DNA of 64,000 nucleotides. It comes from Heptranchias perlo (Eukaryota). Shown piece after piece: positions 28,301-37,829 of this stretch. The notes under the pieces are model-generated. The model was given only the letters and a program-made list of their open reading frames with translations. It was not told the origin of the DNA and made no database searches. The position numbers and the translations under genes were made by a program. The DNA is taken from positions 36,952,001-37,016,000 of the forward strand of contig NC_090340.1 in NCBI RefSeq assembly GCF_035084215.1. Reading direction: 5' to 3'. Position 1 is the stretch's first letter; each line of letters starts with the position of its first letter.

Positions 28301-30846
28301 GACTTCTCATCCTCGATGATTTCAACCTTCATCTCAACTCATCATGCTCTCTCTCCTCTGAGTTCACTGCCCTTCTATCCTCCCTTAATCTTTCCCTCCA
28401 TATAAACTCCCCTACCTATATTCACGGCCACCCCCTCGACCTTGCCATCTCATGTGACCTCTCTACTGCCATCATGTCAATCACGGATACGGCCATCTGT
28501 GATCACTTCCTTGTATTCCTCTCCACCCACACCCCCCTTCCCCCCCCCAACCCCACTTCCTTCTGTGTCTGCCCCTGGAAAAACTCTCTCCCAAGTCACT
28601 TACAACCGCATCTTCAAATTCCCAACTGTCTAGCCTTTGGCCCTCCATTCATCACAACATTTCTGCAGCTACCGATCTGCTCAATCACACCCTCACCTCC
28701 ATCTTTCATGCCCTTGTCCCCATTAAAAACAATTACTCTCTCTCGCCTGGTCGTGCCCCCGGTATGGCCCTCATCTCTGCTCCCTTAAGTCCAAGGGACG
28801 CAAAGTGTGAATGTTTAGCCATTCATCGCCAGATCTGGTTTGATCACATAAAGCACTATCAGGTCCTGCTATCCTCTGCCAAAACTGCTCACTACTCCAG
28901 GATCATCCAGGAATGCAAAGATAACCCCTGGCTTCTCTTCTCCACTACAAACCGTCTTCTTAAACCCCTCTCCCCTGCCCCCTCCGCCCTCACCTCCAAC
29001 GAAAAGTGCGATGAGCTCATGGACTTCTTTGTTACTAAGATTGAGACCATCCGTTCAGCTGCCTCTGCTGCTTCACTCCCTTCCCCTAGTACACCAAGCC
29101 AAACTTCTCTTAAGGCTCCCCCCTGCCCATGTTGTTGTTTAGAATTTCTTGGTACATTAGGATCATATACACAAGGCTGTCTTTTTATTGGAAAGGTGCA
29201 ATTTTTTTAAATCAGTAGATTCCAACTCTAAGATGTCAGTCTCATGTGTGTCTATGATCACAGATTCTGTGAACCCATCTCTAAAGGAAGTAAAAATAAC
29301 ACATGTCCATGTCGTACCAATTTGACTTTTGTATTATTAACAATGAAATTCTACACATTGTGAGACGGAATTAAAGTTCCTTGTGTAAAATACTATTGAA
29401 TTAAAATGGAAAATGGAAAAAATGAGTAAGTATGCTGTTTATCTCACTTATCAGTGCAAGTAATCTTAAAGTATTTCCAATCAGTGCTATTTGAAAATAA
29501 AGACTGGTAAATTTCAGCCATCAGTGTGTCAAAATATCACAGTGTAATAACCCTACCTGTATTGAAAATATCTGTTAATATCAGGTATTAACCAATAAGA
29601 TGCATTTATTCTGTGAAATAGTTAATTTCAGAATCATCTCAAATATCTAGCATAATAATTAAACTAATATGATATTTTATAAAACTCCTCACTCTCTCGT
29701 GACTTTGCTCGCAGAGAGTCAGAGGAAGTGGTATGGCTTTTAGCTGTTTGTTGTAACAGGCAGAAAAATGTTACAGTACCCACTTCTAAAGGAAGTAGGA
29801 ACACGTGTTCTTGTCATATTAGGGCAGATTTTTCTTTTACTGCACTTTAGTTGGATGGAAAATTGAATGTGCTCCATTATGTATGTGAGATCTCCTCCCT
29901 GATTTTCCTTTATGCATTGCACCCAAACATCCTTTATACCCAAGTGCAACAAGAGCAAAATTGCCCCTTTTGCTTTTGTAGAAGAGGTTACAGAACCTCC
30001 TCCCAATTTCTGGGGCTTGACAGTTTTACCAACTCAAAGATTTTAATATATTGGGCCAGAATTTGCTGTGAACGGCGAACGAACAGCGCCCGCCCTCTAC
30101 AGGACATCTGTGTGTACAGGAAAAGCAGCTGTGTATCTCCTTAACCAATCAGATCGAAGCATCGTTAATAACAGCGCAGAGTCTGAACCAGGAAGTGTAA
30201 GTTAGAATAGTGAATTCAATGTCAAATCAGGTACGGAAAGCGAAATAAAGAGGGAAAGAAAGGTTGGATTAAGGGACAGAGATAAAAGAGACAGAAAGAA
30301 AGAGTAAAATAATTTTTTTTTTAAATGTCCAACAACAATTAAAATCTGAAGGAATGAGACTCCATACTTGTAAAAGTCTTTTTTTAGTGCCAGCGATGTT
30401 GTTTGGCAGTAATTAAGACTTACCACGCCATTAAAAGGGTACTTAGATTTGAAATGACTTAACTTTTTTTTTGGCGAGATTAGTTCATATCTATCAGGTT
30501 AAGTATAGGAACTTCACACTGTTCAATACATTTGAACAGGGAGCAAGCCGGCGAGATGCCGTATTCGCGCTGCTTTTGGAGGACCATCGCATCTCATACA
30601 GCAACTTCTGGATTTCCGCGTTTAACTGCGCACATGCGGTCGCCGGAAGTTGCTATCTAATTTGCACATGAATAACGGTGAGTGCTGTTAGCCTCACCTG
30701 ATTTTTACAGCAAAGTTTTTGTGTTTTAAATTCTGAAATTCTTTAACTTTTTTCCTTTTAGGATTCTGGTGAATAACATATCAAATGATGGAAAGGAAAG
30801 ATTGAAAAATGCCAGTCATAAAAACCCAAATCTTCGATTGAATTAA
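7028..30846 (+). CDS. Multi-exon gene, copy 1 (5'-partial): Ig C1 - TM - Ig-like - CARD - NACHT - LRR; putative membrane-anchored NOD-like receptor. Exons 7028-7357, 9707-9820, 10401-10841, 14886-15323, 17158-18889, 22489-22575, 23753-23836, 23982-24065, 25122-25205, 27525-27608, 30762-30846
   Basis: All 11 exons have canonical AG acceptors and (except the last) GT donors. Phases are compatible (1-1,1-1,1-1,1-1,1-2,2-2 x5,2-stop). The spliced product is 3563 nt with no internal stop. Domain motifs recognised by eye. Confidence 0.8.
9707..9820 (+). CDS. Exon: transmembrane helix (absent from the ORF track)
   Basis: Polypyrimidine tract ttttttttag|GT, donor GCAG|gtaaat, 114 bp, phase 1-1. Translation [38 protein letters not shown] is a roughly 24-aa hydrophobic run followed by KR. 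Confidence 0.88.
10401..10841 (+). CDS. Exon: divergent Ig C1-like domain C-terminal to the TM (predicted cytoplasmic), second Cys replaced by Phe
   Basis: tttttcag|TT GCT..., CAA G|gtgagt. Translation PKVTDI...[20 protein letters not shown]...[11 protein letters not shown]...[16 protein letters not shown]. Confidence 0.87.
11290..11480 (+). mobile_element. Remnant of a Myb/SANT-like ORF, probably from a Harbinger transposon (duplicated at about 48150-48345)
   Basis: [13 protein letters not shown] motif followed by cag|gtaagc. Confidence 0.5.
12780..14135 (-). mobile_element. CR1 LINE 3' part, interrupted by an opposite-strand CR1 3' end at about 13745-13984 (duplicated at 49643-50998)
   Basis: RDLGVLV...[25 protein letters not shown]; tail (aacataag)n at 12780; inserted piece ends in (ttctatga)n. 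Confidence 0.9.
14216..14381. mobile_element. Short MITE-like element
   Basis: Imperfect inverted ends ggccctgaaactccgtggggttctc / gagaaccctgcagaaattccaggc. Confidence 0.5.
14886..15323 (+). CDS. Exon: CARD (death-fold) domain
   Basis: atcag|GT GCT..., GAA G|gtaagc. [22 protein letters not shown]...[25 protein letters not shown] matches the CARD pattern (LL..Ll...vls.edy..i...aR.LLD.l..kG..ac..F...L). Confidence 0.88.
17158..18889 (+). CDS. Exon: NACHT NTPase with helical/winged-helix domains and first LRRs (NLRC3/NOD-like)
   Basis: attacag|AA ATC..., TTG AG|gtatta. Walker [16 protein letters not shown], Walker [11 protein letters not shown], sensor-1 [23 protein letters not shown] motif [20 protein letters not shown]. 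Confidence 0.96.
18965..19610. mobile_element. GC-rich MITE/Harbinger-like element just after the NACHT exon
   Basis: Ends gggggagaaaattgg / ccaatttagtgcccat; CpG-rich interior. Confidence 0.55.
20540..22010 (-). mobile_element. L2-clade LINE 3' part inserted into an older + strand L2 fragment (about 20270-20539 and 22011-22303); duplicated at about 57374-58850
   Basis: [18 protein letters not shown]...YVDDTQLY...QLNIGKTE and LADLHWLPV; (aac)n tail at 20540. Confidence 0.9.
22489..22575 (+). CDS. LRR exon 1 (87 bp)
   Basis: ag|T TTG...TTA AG|gt; [31 protein letters not shown]-type LRR, phase 2-2. Confidence 0.9.
23753..23836 (+). CDS. LRR exon 2 (84 bp)
   Basis: [28 protein letters not shown]; AG/GT, phase 2-2. 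Confidence 0.9.
23982..24065 (+). CDS. LRR exon 3 (84 bp)
   Basis: [28 protein letters not shown]; AG/GT, phase 2-2. Confidence 0.9.
24860..25060 (-). mobile_element. Old SINE-like repeat (related copies near 12470-12700, 34620-34800, 35760-35990)
   Basis: Shared core atcagctaacttagcaca...gaacctggga in several dispersed copies. Confidence 0.45.
25122..25205 (+). CDS. LRR exon 4 (84 bp)
   Basis: [28 protein letters not shown]; AG/GT, phase 2-2. Confidence 0.9.
25640..26915 (+). mobile_element. Degraded non-LTR retrotransposon distinct from the local CR1/L2 families (duplicated at about 62485-63760)
   Basis: [76 protein letters not shown]. Confidence 0.75.
27525..27608 (+). CDS. LRR exon 5 (84 bp)
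   Basis: [28 protein letters not shown]; AG/GT, phase 2-2. Confidence 0.9.
27665..29138 (+). mobile_element. L2-clade LINE endonuclease-region fragment
   Basis: QNVRSLLNK...IDIMALAQT...RGGGV...LYHPP; DFNLH; DHFLV; ends in gttgttgtt. Confidence 0.85.
30052..30718. mobile_element. MITE-like element immediately upstream of the terminal exon
   Basis: Inverted ends gaatttgctgtgaa / tttttacagcaaagtt; CpG-rich. Confidence 0.55.
30762..30846 (+). CDS. Terminal coding exon (last LRR and cap, stop TAA)
   Basis: ttttttccttttag|G ATT...; [28 protein letters not shown], a typical NOD/NLRC3-type C-terminus. Confidence 0.85.
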
Positions 30847-31950
30847 TTTCAGAAAATGATGTGTATAGGTATGTATATTGCACAGAAGTACAATTGTCTG
30901 GATCTCTGAAGAAAACACAAAATTGGAGAAGGTTTCTGCTGTAAGTTTATGTCATGAATACCAGGATGGAGTGGTTGCTGAGTAAAGTCCAGCTCATAAA
31001 GACATAAATGTCCTTTTGTGTTCCGATCCAGGTCCCTAGAAGTGAAATTAAGTGCTTTGACCCACATCATCATATATTATGTTAACCTATCTCCTCTTAC
31101 CTACCAATGCTGGACTTTGGGACAATGACTGAACATTCTGACGATAATATTAACATTTTCAGGACAGTGAAAAAAATGGATATTTAATATTAAAATATTA
31201 ATGGTAAATTTAATACTTTAAGGACTTGGTATCATTTCATCAACAACGCCTAAACCGCGGGGAGTGCTTTATTCAGTGTATTCCAGAATGTTGTTATGAT
31301 TCAATGCTACAGAGTATTCATCAGTACAGATTTAAAGAAATCATAAGTGAGAGGCTTTTCATTGCTTGATCTGTAAAACCATGTATTGATTGTCATAAGC
31401 AGTTGTTTGTGCAATAATACACTAGCTCAACATCTGCATTTAATAGTTAATACAAAGGAAGCAAACAATACCTATGAGTGTGTTACAAGACTGCAATATA
31501 TTCAAGAGGTTGGTTGATATCAGAAACCAAACGCTGAGAGCATATTACAGCCTGAATGCACTTCAGTCATCATTTCAAAGAATGATGTGTACAATTTTTT
31601 AGAACTTATTCTGGTTTTACGTTGTGTCACATGACAAAAGGACTACTATTTATAATACAATTTCAGACTAGGATTAAAATTAGGTCAGCCAAGCAATATG
31701 TAGCAGCTTTTTTTTGGTGAATTTTTTGTGGTAACTAAAGCTAAGGAAGTTAGTGCTTAAGAATAATACTTCCCCTTTTATGGCAACCAGTATCAAACAC
31801 TCCCAGGTCAGGTAAAACACAGCCAGCTGTAGAGTAAAGCTCCTTTTACTCTATCCCAACAATGCACTTTAGTCTGAACTTCGAAGACTATCTTGACTGC
31901 CATTTTCAATTTCCCACACCTTCTACCATCCCTGAGTAAGACTCGTTATT

Positions 31951-32579
31951 TAAGGGGAAATTCCACAATCCTGTGTTCCAAGCAGGGATGCCAAGGTCGA
32001 AGGGAGTGCAGGTCAGAGATAGGGCTACAGTACTAACCAGCATGCTCTATAAGTGCAGTTCCCTGCTGGAAGGAAAGAATCATAGTATGGATTGAGACTG
32101 GGGGGGGACTAGGACAGCATCGTGCCCATTTTTTGGGTGAGAAATGAGCGTTTGGGGGACGAATATCAGGTTGCAATCTCTTGCACCCAATCTCATCTGG
32201 AAGTGTGTCAGCTGCCAAGTTGGAAACTGGCCACTTCCAAGTGTCCAGGGCACTCGCCTGAAACAGGCATTGGGCGTCTTGAATATGCAAATCGGGGTCC
32301 TAGCGCCAGTTCTAGAAGCCTGATGCAAAATTGGTCGTCAACTGCACAGCGCATGCCCCACCCTGTTGTTCCAGGCCTTCAGTAGCCTAATCAATGGTCC
32401 TTAAAGGAACCGCTGGTGGCTGTCCACAAAAAGGTGAGGAATTTAGGTGCAGAGCCGACCAAAATTCCTAAGGCTCCAACCTGAAAGCTGCTTCGCAACA
32501 CCCAATTGGTGTCCTCAATTTCAATTGGGTCATGGTCGCCCTGCCCATTTCACCGACGCTACTCGAATTTCTCCCCTTA
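31951..32579. mobile_element. MITE/Harbinger-like element
   Basis: Inverted ends taaggggaaattc / gaatttctcccctta. Confidence 0.55.
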
Positions 32580-34046
32580 CAGCCAGCAGAGAGAGAAAAC
32601 TTTCATCCTACCAGAGTGGCTTGACTTTAGGTCCCAGAGTTGAAAAGGTAGTGTGCTGCCCTATTGTCCCAGGAATAGAGGCATTAGCTGAGAAATAATC
32701 CACTTCTATATGTATTTCAAGGCTTTTCAAAGGTGTGCAAAACATTTCAAAGTTGATTACTAGATCTGACTCCTATATTTTTAAAAATGCAACCAGAACT
32801 TAAAAGGAAAATCATTCTCCTACACAGAATCTAGTGATAGCCAATGACTAGGGTAGTGTACCTAGTTTAATAGACAGGTGAACACATTCCAATACTGATG
32901 CATGCTGACTGTGCTACAGGAACACATGCAGGTCACTTCTTGTGCAGGCTCTGCAGAGGTCATTTCTAGTGGATGAACAATAAGAACATTTTTATTTTCT
33001 TTAGTATTGACAGGGCAGTGTTTTTGTTATAAAGCAGTGACATTTACTACTTCTGTTCCTGAAGCTTTTAATCTCAAGCCCTACTTAATGTCAAGGATGT
33101 TAAGGAGCTACACTATAGGGTAAGGAAGATCTATTTCATTAGAACATAGAATGTAATCTGTTACTGCATTCAGCATTTTTCTGGTCTGAACAGGGCTAAA
33201 AATAAAAGCTGCTTGAGTGGCCCAAGACCAGCAAGTTCACAACAGTGGGAAATGTGTCCAGCCATCTACAGTAGGACCCAGATGCCTATACAGTAAACGA
33301 CATTAGCAAACATAAGAGCTTTCCTCTACATGGAGCAAGTTCACTGGACTTTCTTCTCTTAAGAAAATGCAACCACCTTTGAAAATATGCAGAATAAACC
33401 AGGGACTTATAAAGGCTACATGTTTGTGCCATTGATGCATTGCCTTGGCTTTTATGTGCCACTTTAAAGTACAGTTGTGAAAGTTCTGTATTTGTGATAA
33501 TCACCCTGCACAGATAGCACACTTCAGTTGAAATGTCAAGTGCGGTAAGTTCATGTTTATTTCCTCCCTAACATGCATAGTTATTTCTTAAATATGTTCT
33601 CAGGATATGGCCAGGCCCATTCCTAATTGCCCTGAGAAGATGGTGGGGGCCATTTCAGAGGGCATTTAGAGTCAACCACATATTGTGGGACTGGAGTCAG
33701 GTGTGGGCCAGACCTAGTAGTGTGGCAGGTTTCCTTACCTGAAGCACATTCGTGAACCAGTTGGGTTTTTACGACGGCGAGGGTAAAAGCTTCCATTTTA
33801 TTAAATTTTCCTGCTGTCCCAGGCTAGAATGCTTCAGCTTAAATGCTGCACAAGACATTTGATTCTGCCTCAGGTGTTCAGCTCATTCATGCACTACCTT
33901 AGACATTCCGCTGTGCAAGATAAAGCTAGCATGTAATCTACACAATATGTAAATCCTTAAGCTACTTACGGAAACACACAATTTACTACTGATTTATGCA
34001 GGAACTGGACTTTCTAGCCTTGTGTGTACGTGAATACAGCGCAATA

Positions 34047-34178
34047 GAGGTGAAATTGCTCTTCACCAGTAGCGCAAAATGGGCTCGTAGCGATGGAAAA
34101 GAAAATCGGGTGTAAAACGGACTGCCAATTCACTACGAGCCCCTTTCGTGCCACTGACTTAAGGCCAATTTTGCCCCA
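34047..34178. repeat. Short hairpin-type MITE
   Basis: ggtgaaattg...gggctcgtag / ctacgagccc...caattttgcc inverted arms. Confidence 0.5.
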
Positions 34179-36049
34179 GTGTATTTTTGTTAAAATTCAG
34201 TATTAAAATAAGTTATATGTGACATGCATAAATAATAATTGTAAATATATTTTTCAGATTTGTTAGTGTTCTATTTTGATTTGAAACATTTGACACAAGA
34301 ATTTCGTGAATTATCGATGTAACAGTGATCAGTGCTGTTCACCTACGAAGATCTTAACACAAGTTCATCTCTGCACTATTTTAATGTAGATGTTAAACTG
34401 CTAGTGTTAATTTTTTTTATTCGTTCATAGTGCAGAAAGGAATTTAATAGAAGTACTTTAAGTGTTATTGGAACAGCAGCAATTGTAATTTCTACCCTAT
34501 ACCTTTCTATTTAATATCAATCAAGATGATGTATCCCTGGCGTCAAGTCCATTTTTCTGAATGGAGGTAACCCTGCAGGCAGTGAGTCTCAGGACCTATT
34601 TGACCTAAGGTGCACGTGTTCTCAACCAGCATCTCCACACGTGCACTTCCTGCAGTGATCACTATCTAGTGATCAGATGAACAGGAACCCATGACCAGTT
34701 CTTTTCCTAGCCTTGGTACAGTGAGGCTCTTGTGACTGGCTGAGATCAGCTAACTTAGCACACACCAGAATCAAATCCAGGATCTTATTGCTGCGTCCTG
34801 GCCACTTTACAGAAAGGTATAAGAAGGTAATCTTGGCCCAGGGAGTTCTGCTGATCTCATGCTATAAGGACTGGAATGATGTTTAGGTTCTCAAAGCATT
34901 CCATTGTATAACAAAGAAATTGTTTAAAACTTGTGATCTGTGCTCAAAAATAAATTCAATTATTTTGACAACCTGTGTTGGCACAATGAATTTTTCTGTA
35001 TGTGCAGACCAACTGCTCATCAACAGGCTTTATAGGACAGAAAATTTCTAATCTCAACCATGCCCTTTGAAGGGTGCATACGGAGTTTAAGAGGGTGAAA
35101 TAGGAGAGTGAGTCACTTAGTAGATTCCGTTCCTAAAGTTACTAATATGTCCAAAGAATTTTTGGTTTGAGGGGATACTTTGAATATTCCAGCACAGAAA
35201 CAGGCCAATGTTTTTATCTGGATGAGCCACCTACTCTAATCCCTCTCTGCTGCTTGCCCTCCATATCTCCAGCATCATTTTAACATGTTTAAAATAATCT
35301 TTTTACCACTAGTGGAGGATAAAAGCTGTGGCGGTGCCTGTGATACTTTTTTCATCAGAGTTGAGCCCTACTGTTTGCCCACTGGAATATCTTGCCCGCA
35401 AACTCAAAACAATTTCACTCTTCAAGTTTCCAACATTAATTAATTTTGTTGTAGTTCAGCTAAATATGAAATATAATTATCAAAGTGGCTATTTTCACTC
35501 TTTGACAGTAGTCATTGATTGCTGTGGAGATTTCATTAGCAGCCTTTCATCACCAGATGATGCTTGCTGACAAGTATTTGACATTTAGGACTTCTGTGCA
35601 CTTGAAATTCAGGATATCTGTTAACACAGAGGAACTTCCTCTTATGTTTAGTTACTGGTTAAAAAAAAAACAATTTTATGAAATTTAATTTTGTTTCTCC
35701 AATTTTCTTCATTTTTCTCCGGAAGGCAGTTAATGCTTGAGGCTAGAAAGGGATTGCTTGAAAAAAGGGAAAGTTTCATCGCAGCTAAGCCCTATCCTGC
35801 CACCTGATGCCCATATGCACCTACTTTCACTAAGACACCTAGCCCATGGACACTGAGGTCAATTGCAACACCCCACCACCATCCCTTCCGAGATCAGCTA
35901 AATCACCACAAACCCAAGTCTGAATCTGAGGCCTTTCTGTTCAATGCAGCTCAGTACTACACTTCAAAATACATTTGCCCATGGAGCCACAGAGGAACAG
36001 AATCTCATTTTAAAAAGGAACCTAAGTTGGTATTTAAGTGTAATTTTTG

Positions 36050-36495
36050 TGATCACCCAGGCCCAATGGTGGTGCGAAGGGTAGGGAAGATGCACCAAAG
36101 GCCAGAGTCAGAAGAAGAGTGTTCAGAGAGGATAGAGGGTAGGAGGAAGTTGCACAGATAAGATGGGAAAAGTCCATGGAAGGATTTATAGACCAGGATA
36201 AAGATTTTAAATTTAAGGTGTTGGAAGATCACTGAGGCTGTTGTTGATGGGTGAGCGTGGAACAAGATACAGGCACCAGAGTTTTGGACAAGGTTGGCGG
36301 GTGGGAGGGCAGTGAGAAAGCATTGGAGTAGTCAGTCTGAACATGACAAGGACATGTGTAAGAAGTTCAGCGTTGAAGAAATGGAGGAAGGGGCAGAGGC
36401 AGGTAACTTTCGAAGGGTGGAAGTAATTGGTGTTTGTAATAGAGAGGATATGAGGTCTGAAAATCAGTTCAAGGTTGAACAATAGGCCAAGGTAT
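36050..36495 (-). mobile_element. Old L2 3' fragment
   Basis: QHLKFKIFILVYKSFHGLFPSYLCNFL. Confidence 0.75.
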
Positions 36496-37204
36496 GGTAC
36501 ATAACGAACAGTTCAATATAAGTAATTAAACAATGTTAATGACCTTTGTGCAAAGCAATAAATGCCTGTTGTCTGACTGGAAATCATTCACTTTCAAGCC
36601 TGTTTTTCTGTGTGAAGGATAAAAATGAATTATTGCTGGGAATTAGATATCATTAGATTACTCAATGCATCTAAAGTCCAAGGTCCCTCAGTGTTTAATT
36701 CACTAAAATAAAAAATCACCAGTTGCATCTTTACACCTTTACAGGCATATCATGTGTAAATGTGCAACACTTCAAACAAGGGCAGATTTTACAAAATTGT
36801 GCTTCCACTGCAAAGCTTTACCCTCCAGAGGCAGACATCAGGAAATCATGCAATTGCAGCAACAATTTCCCAATATGAGCTCCTGGTGTACGACGCTCCT
36901 TACCAGGATTGTTCATTTGCAAATATATTCACTACTGCAAGGATATAACTCCCTCATGATTGTGTCACATGAGGTTTAAAGTTATTGCCTTCAGCAAAGC
37001 ATGAATGGGTATTTCACACTGATCCATTGTTTTCTTAAGAAATCTGAGTGAAGGGCCAATAAGAAATCTTAAAAAAAGAAGAAAGTCAGTGATTCTTTTG
37101 ATCTGGATTCAGTAATTAATAAGCTGTACAATTACCCACTATTTAATCTTAGAAATTAATAATTACCTCTGTAACCTCTTCCAACCCTACAATCCTCCAA
37201 GATC

Positions 37205-37715
37205 CTAGAGTACTGCATTCAGTTCTGGACACCGCACCTCAGGAATGATATATTGGCCTTGGAGGGGGTGCAGCACAGGTTCACCAGAATGATGCCAGGG
37301 CTAAAAGGGTTAAATTATGAGGTCAGGTTGCATCGACTAGGCTTGTATTCCCTTGAATATAGAAGATTAAGGGTGAACTAATTGAAGCGTTTAAGATGAT
37401 TAAAGGATTTGATAGGGTAGATAGAGAAAAACTATTTCCTCTTATGGGAGAATCCAGACCAAGGGAGCCAGGCCATTGCGGGGCCTTCACACAAAGGGTA
37501 GTGGAAATCTGGAACTCTCTCCCCCAATAAGCTGTTGAGGCTAGGTCAATTGAAAATTTCAAAACTGAGATTAATAGATTTTTGTTAGGCAAGTGTATTA
37601 AGGGTTACGGAACCAAGGTGGGTGGATGAAGTTAAGATACGGATCATCCATGATCTAACTGAATGGCGGAATAGGCTCAAGGGGCTGACTGGCCTACTCC
37701 TGTTCCTATGTTCCT
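37205..37715 (+). mobile_element. CR1 3' fragment nested in an L2 3' fragment (about 37165-37830)
   Basis: LEYCIQFWTPHLRNDILALEGVQHRFTRMMPG; tail (ttcctatg)n; flanked by atc on both sides. Confidence 0.8.
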
Positions 37716-37829
37716 ATCTCTGCACTCCTCCAATTCTGGCCTCTTGCATATCCCCGATTTCCATTGCCCCACCATTGGCGGCAGTGCTTTCAGCTATCTA
37801 GGCCCTAAGTTCTGGAATTCCCTCCCTAA

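Noticed and set aside
36745-36979. Possible exon (ttacag acceptor, open frames) as a 5' exon for copy 2
   Set aside because: No recognisable leader or Ig motif in any frame and no clear phase-1 donor.
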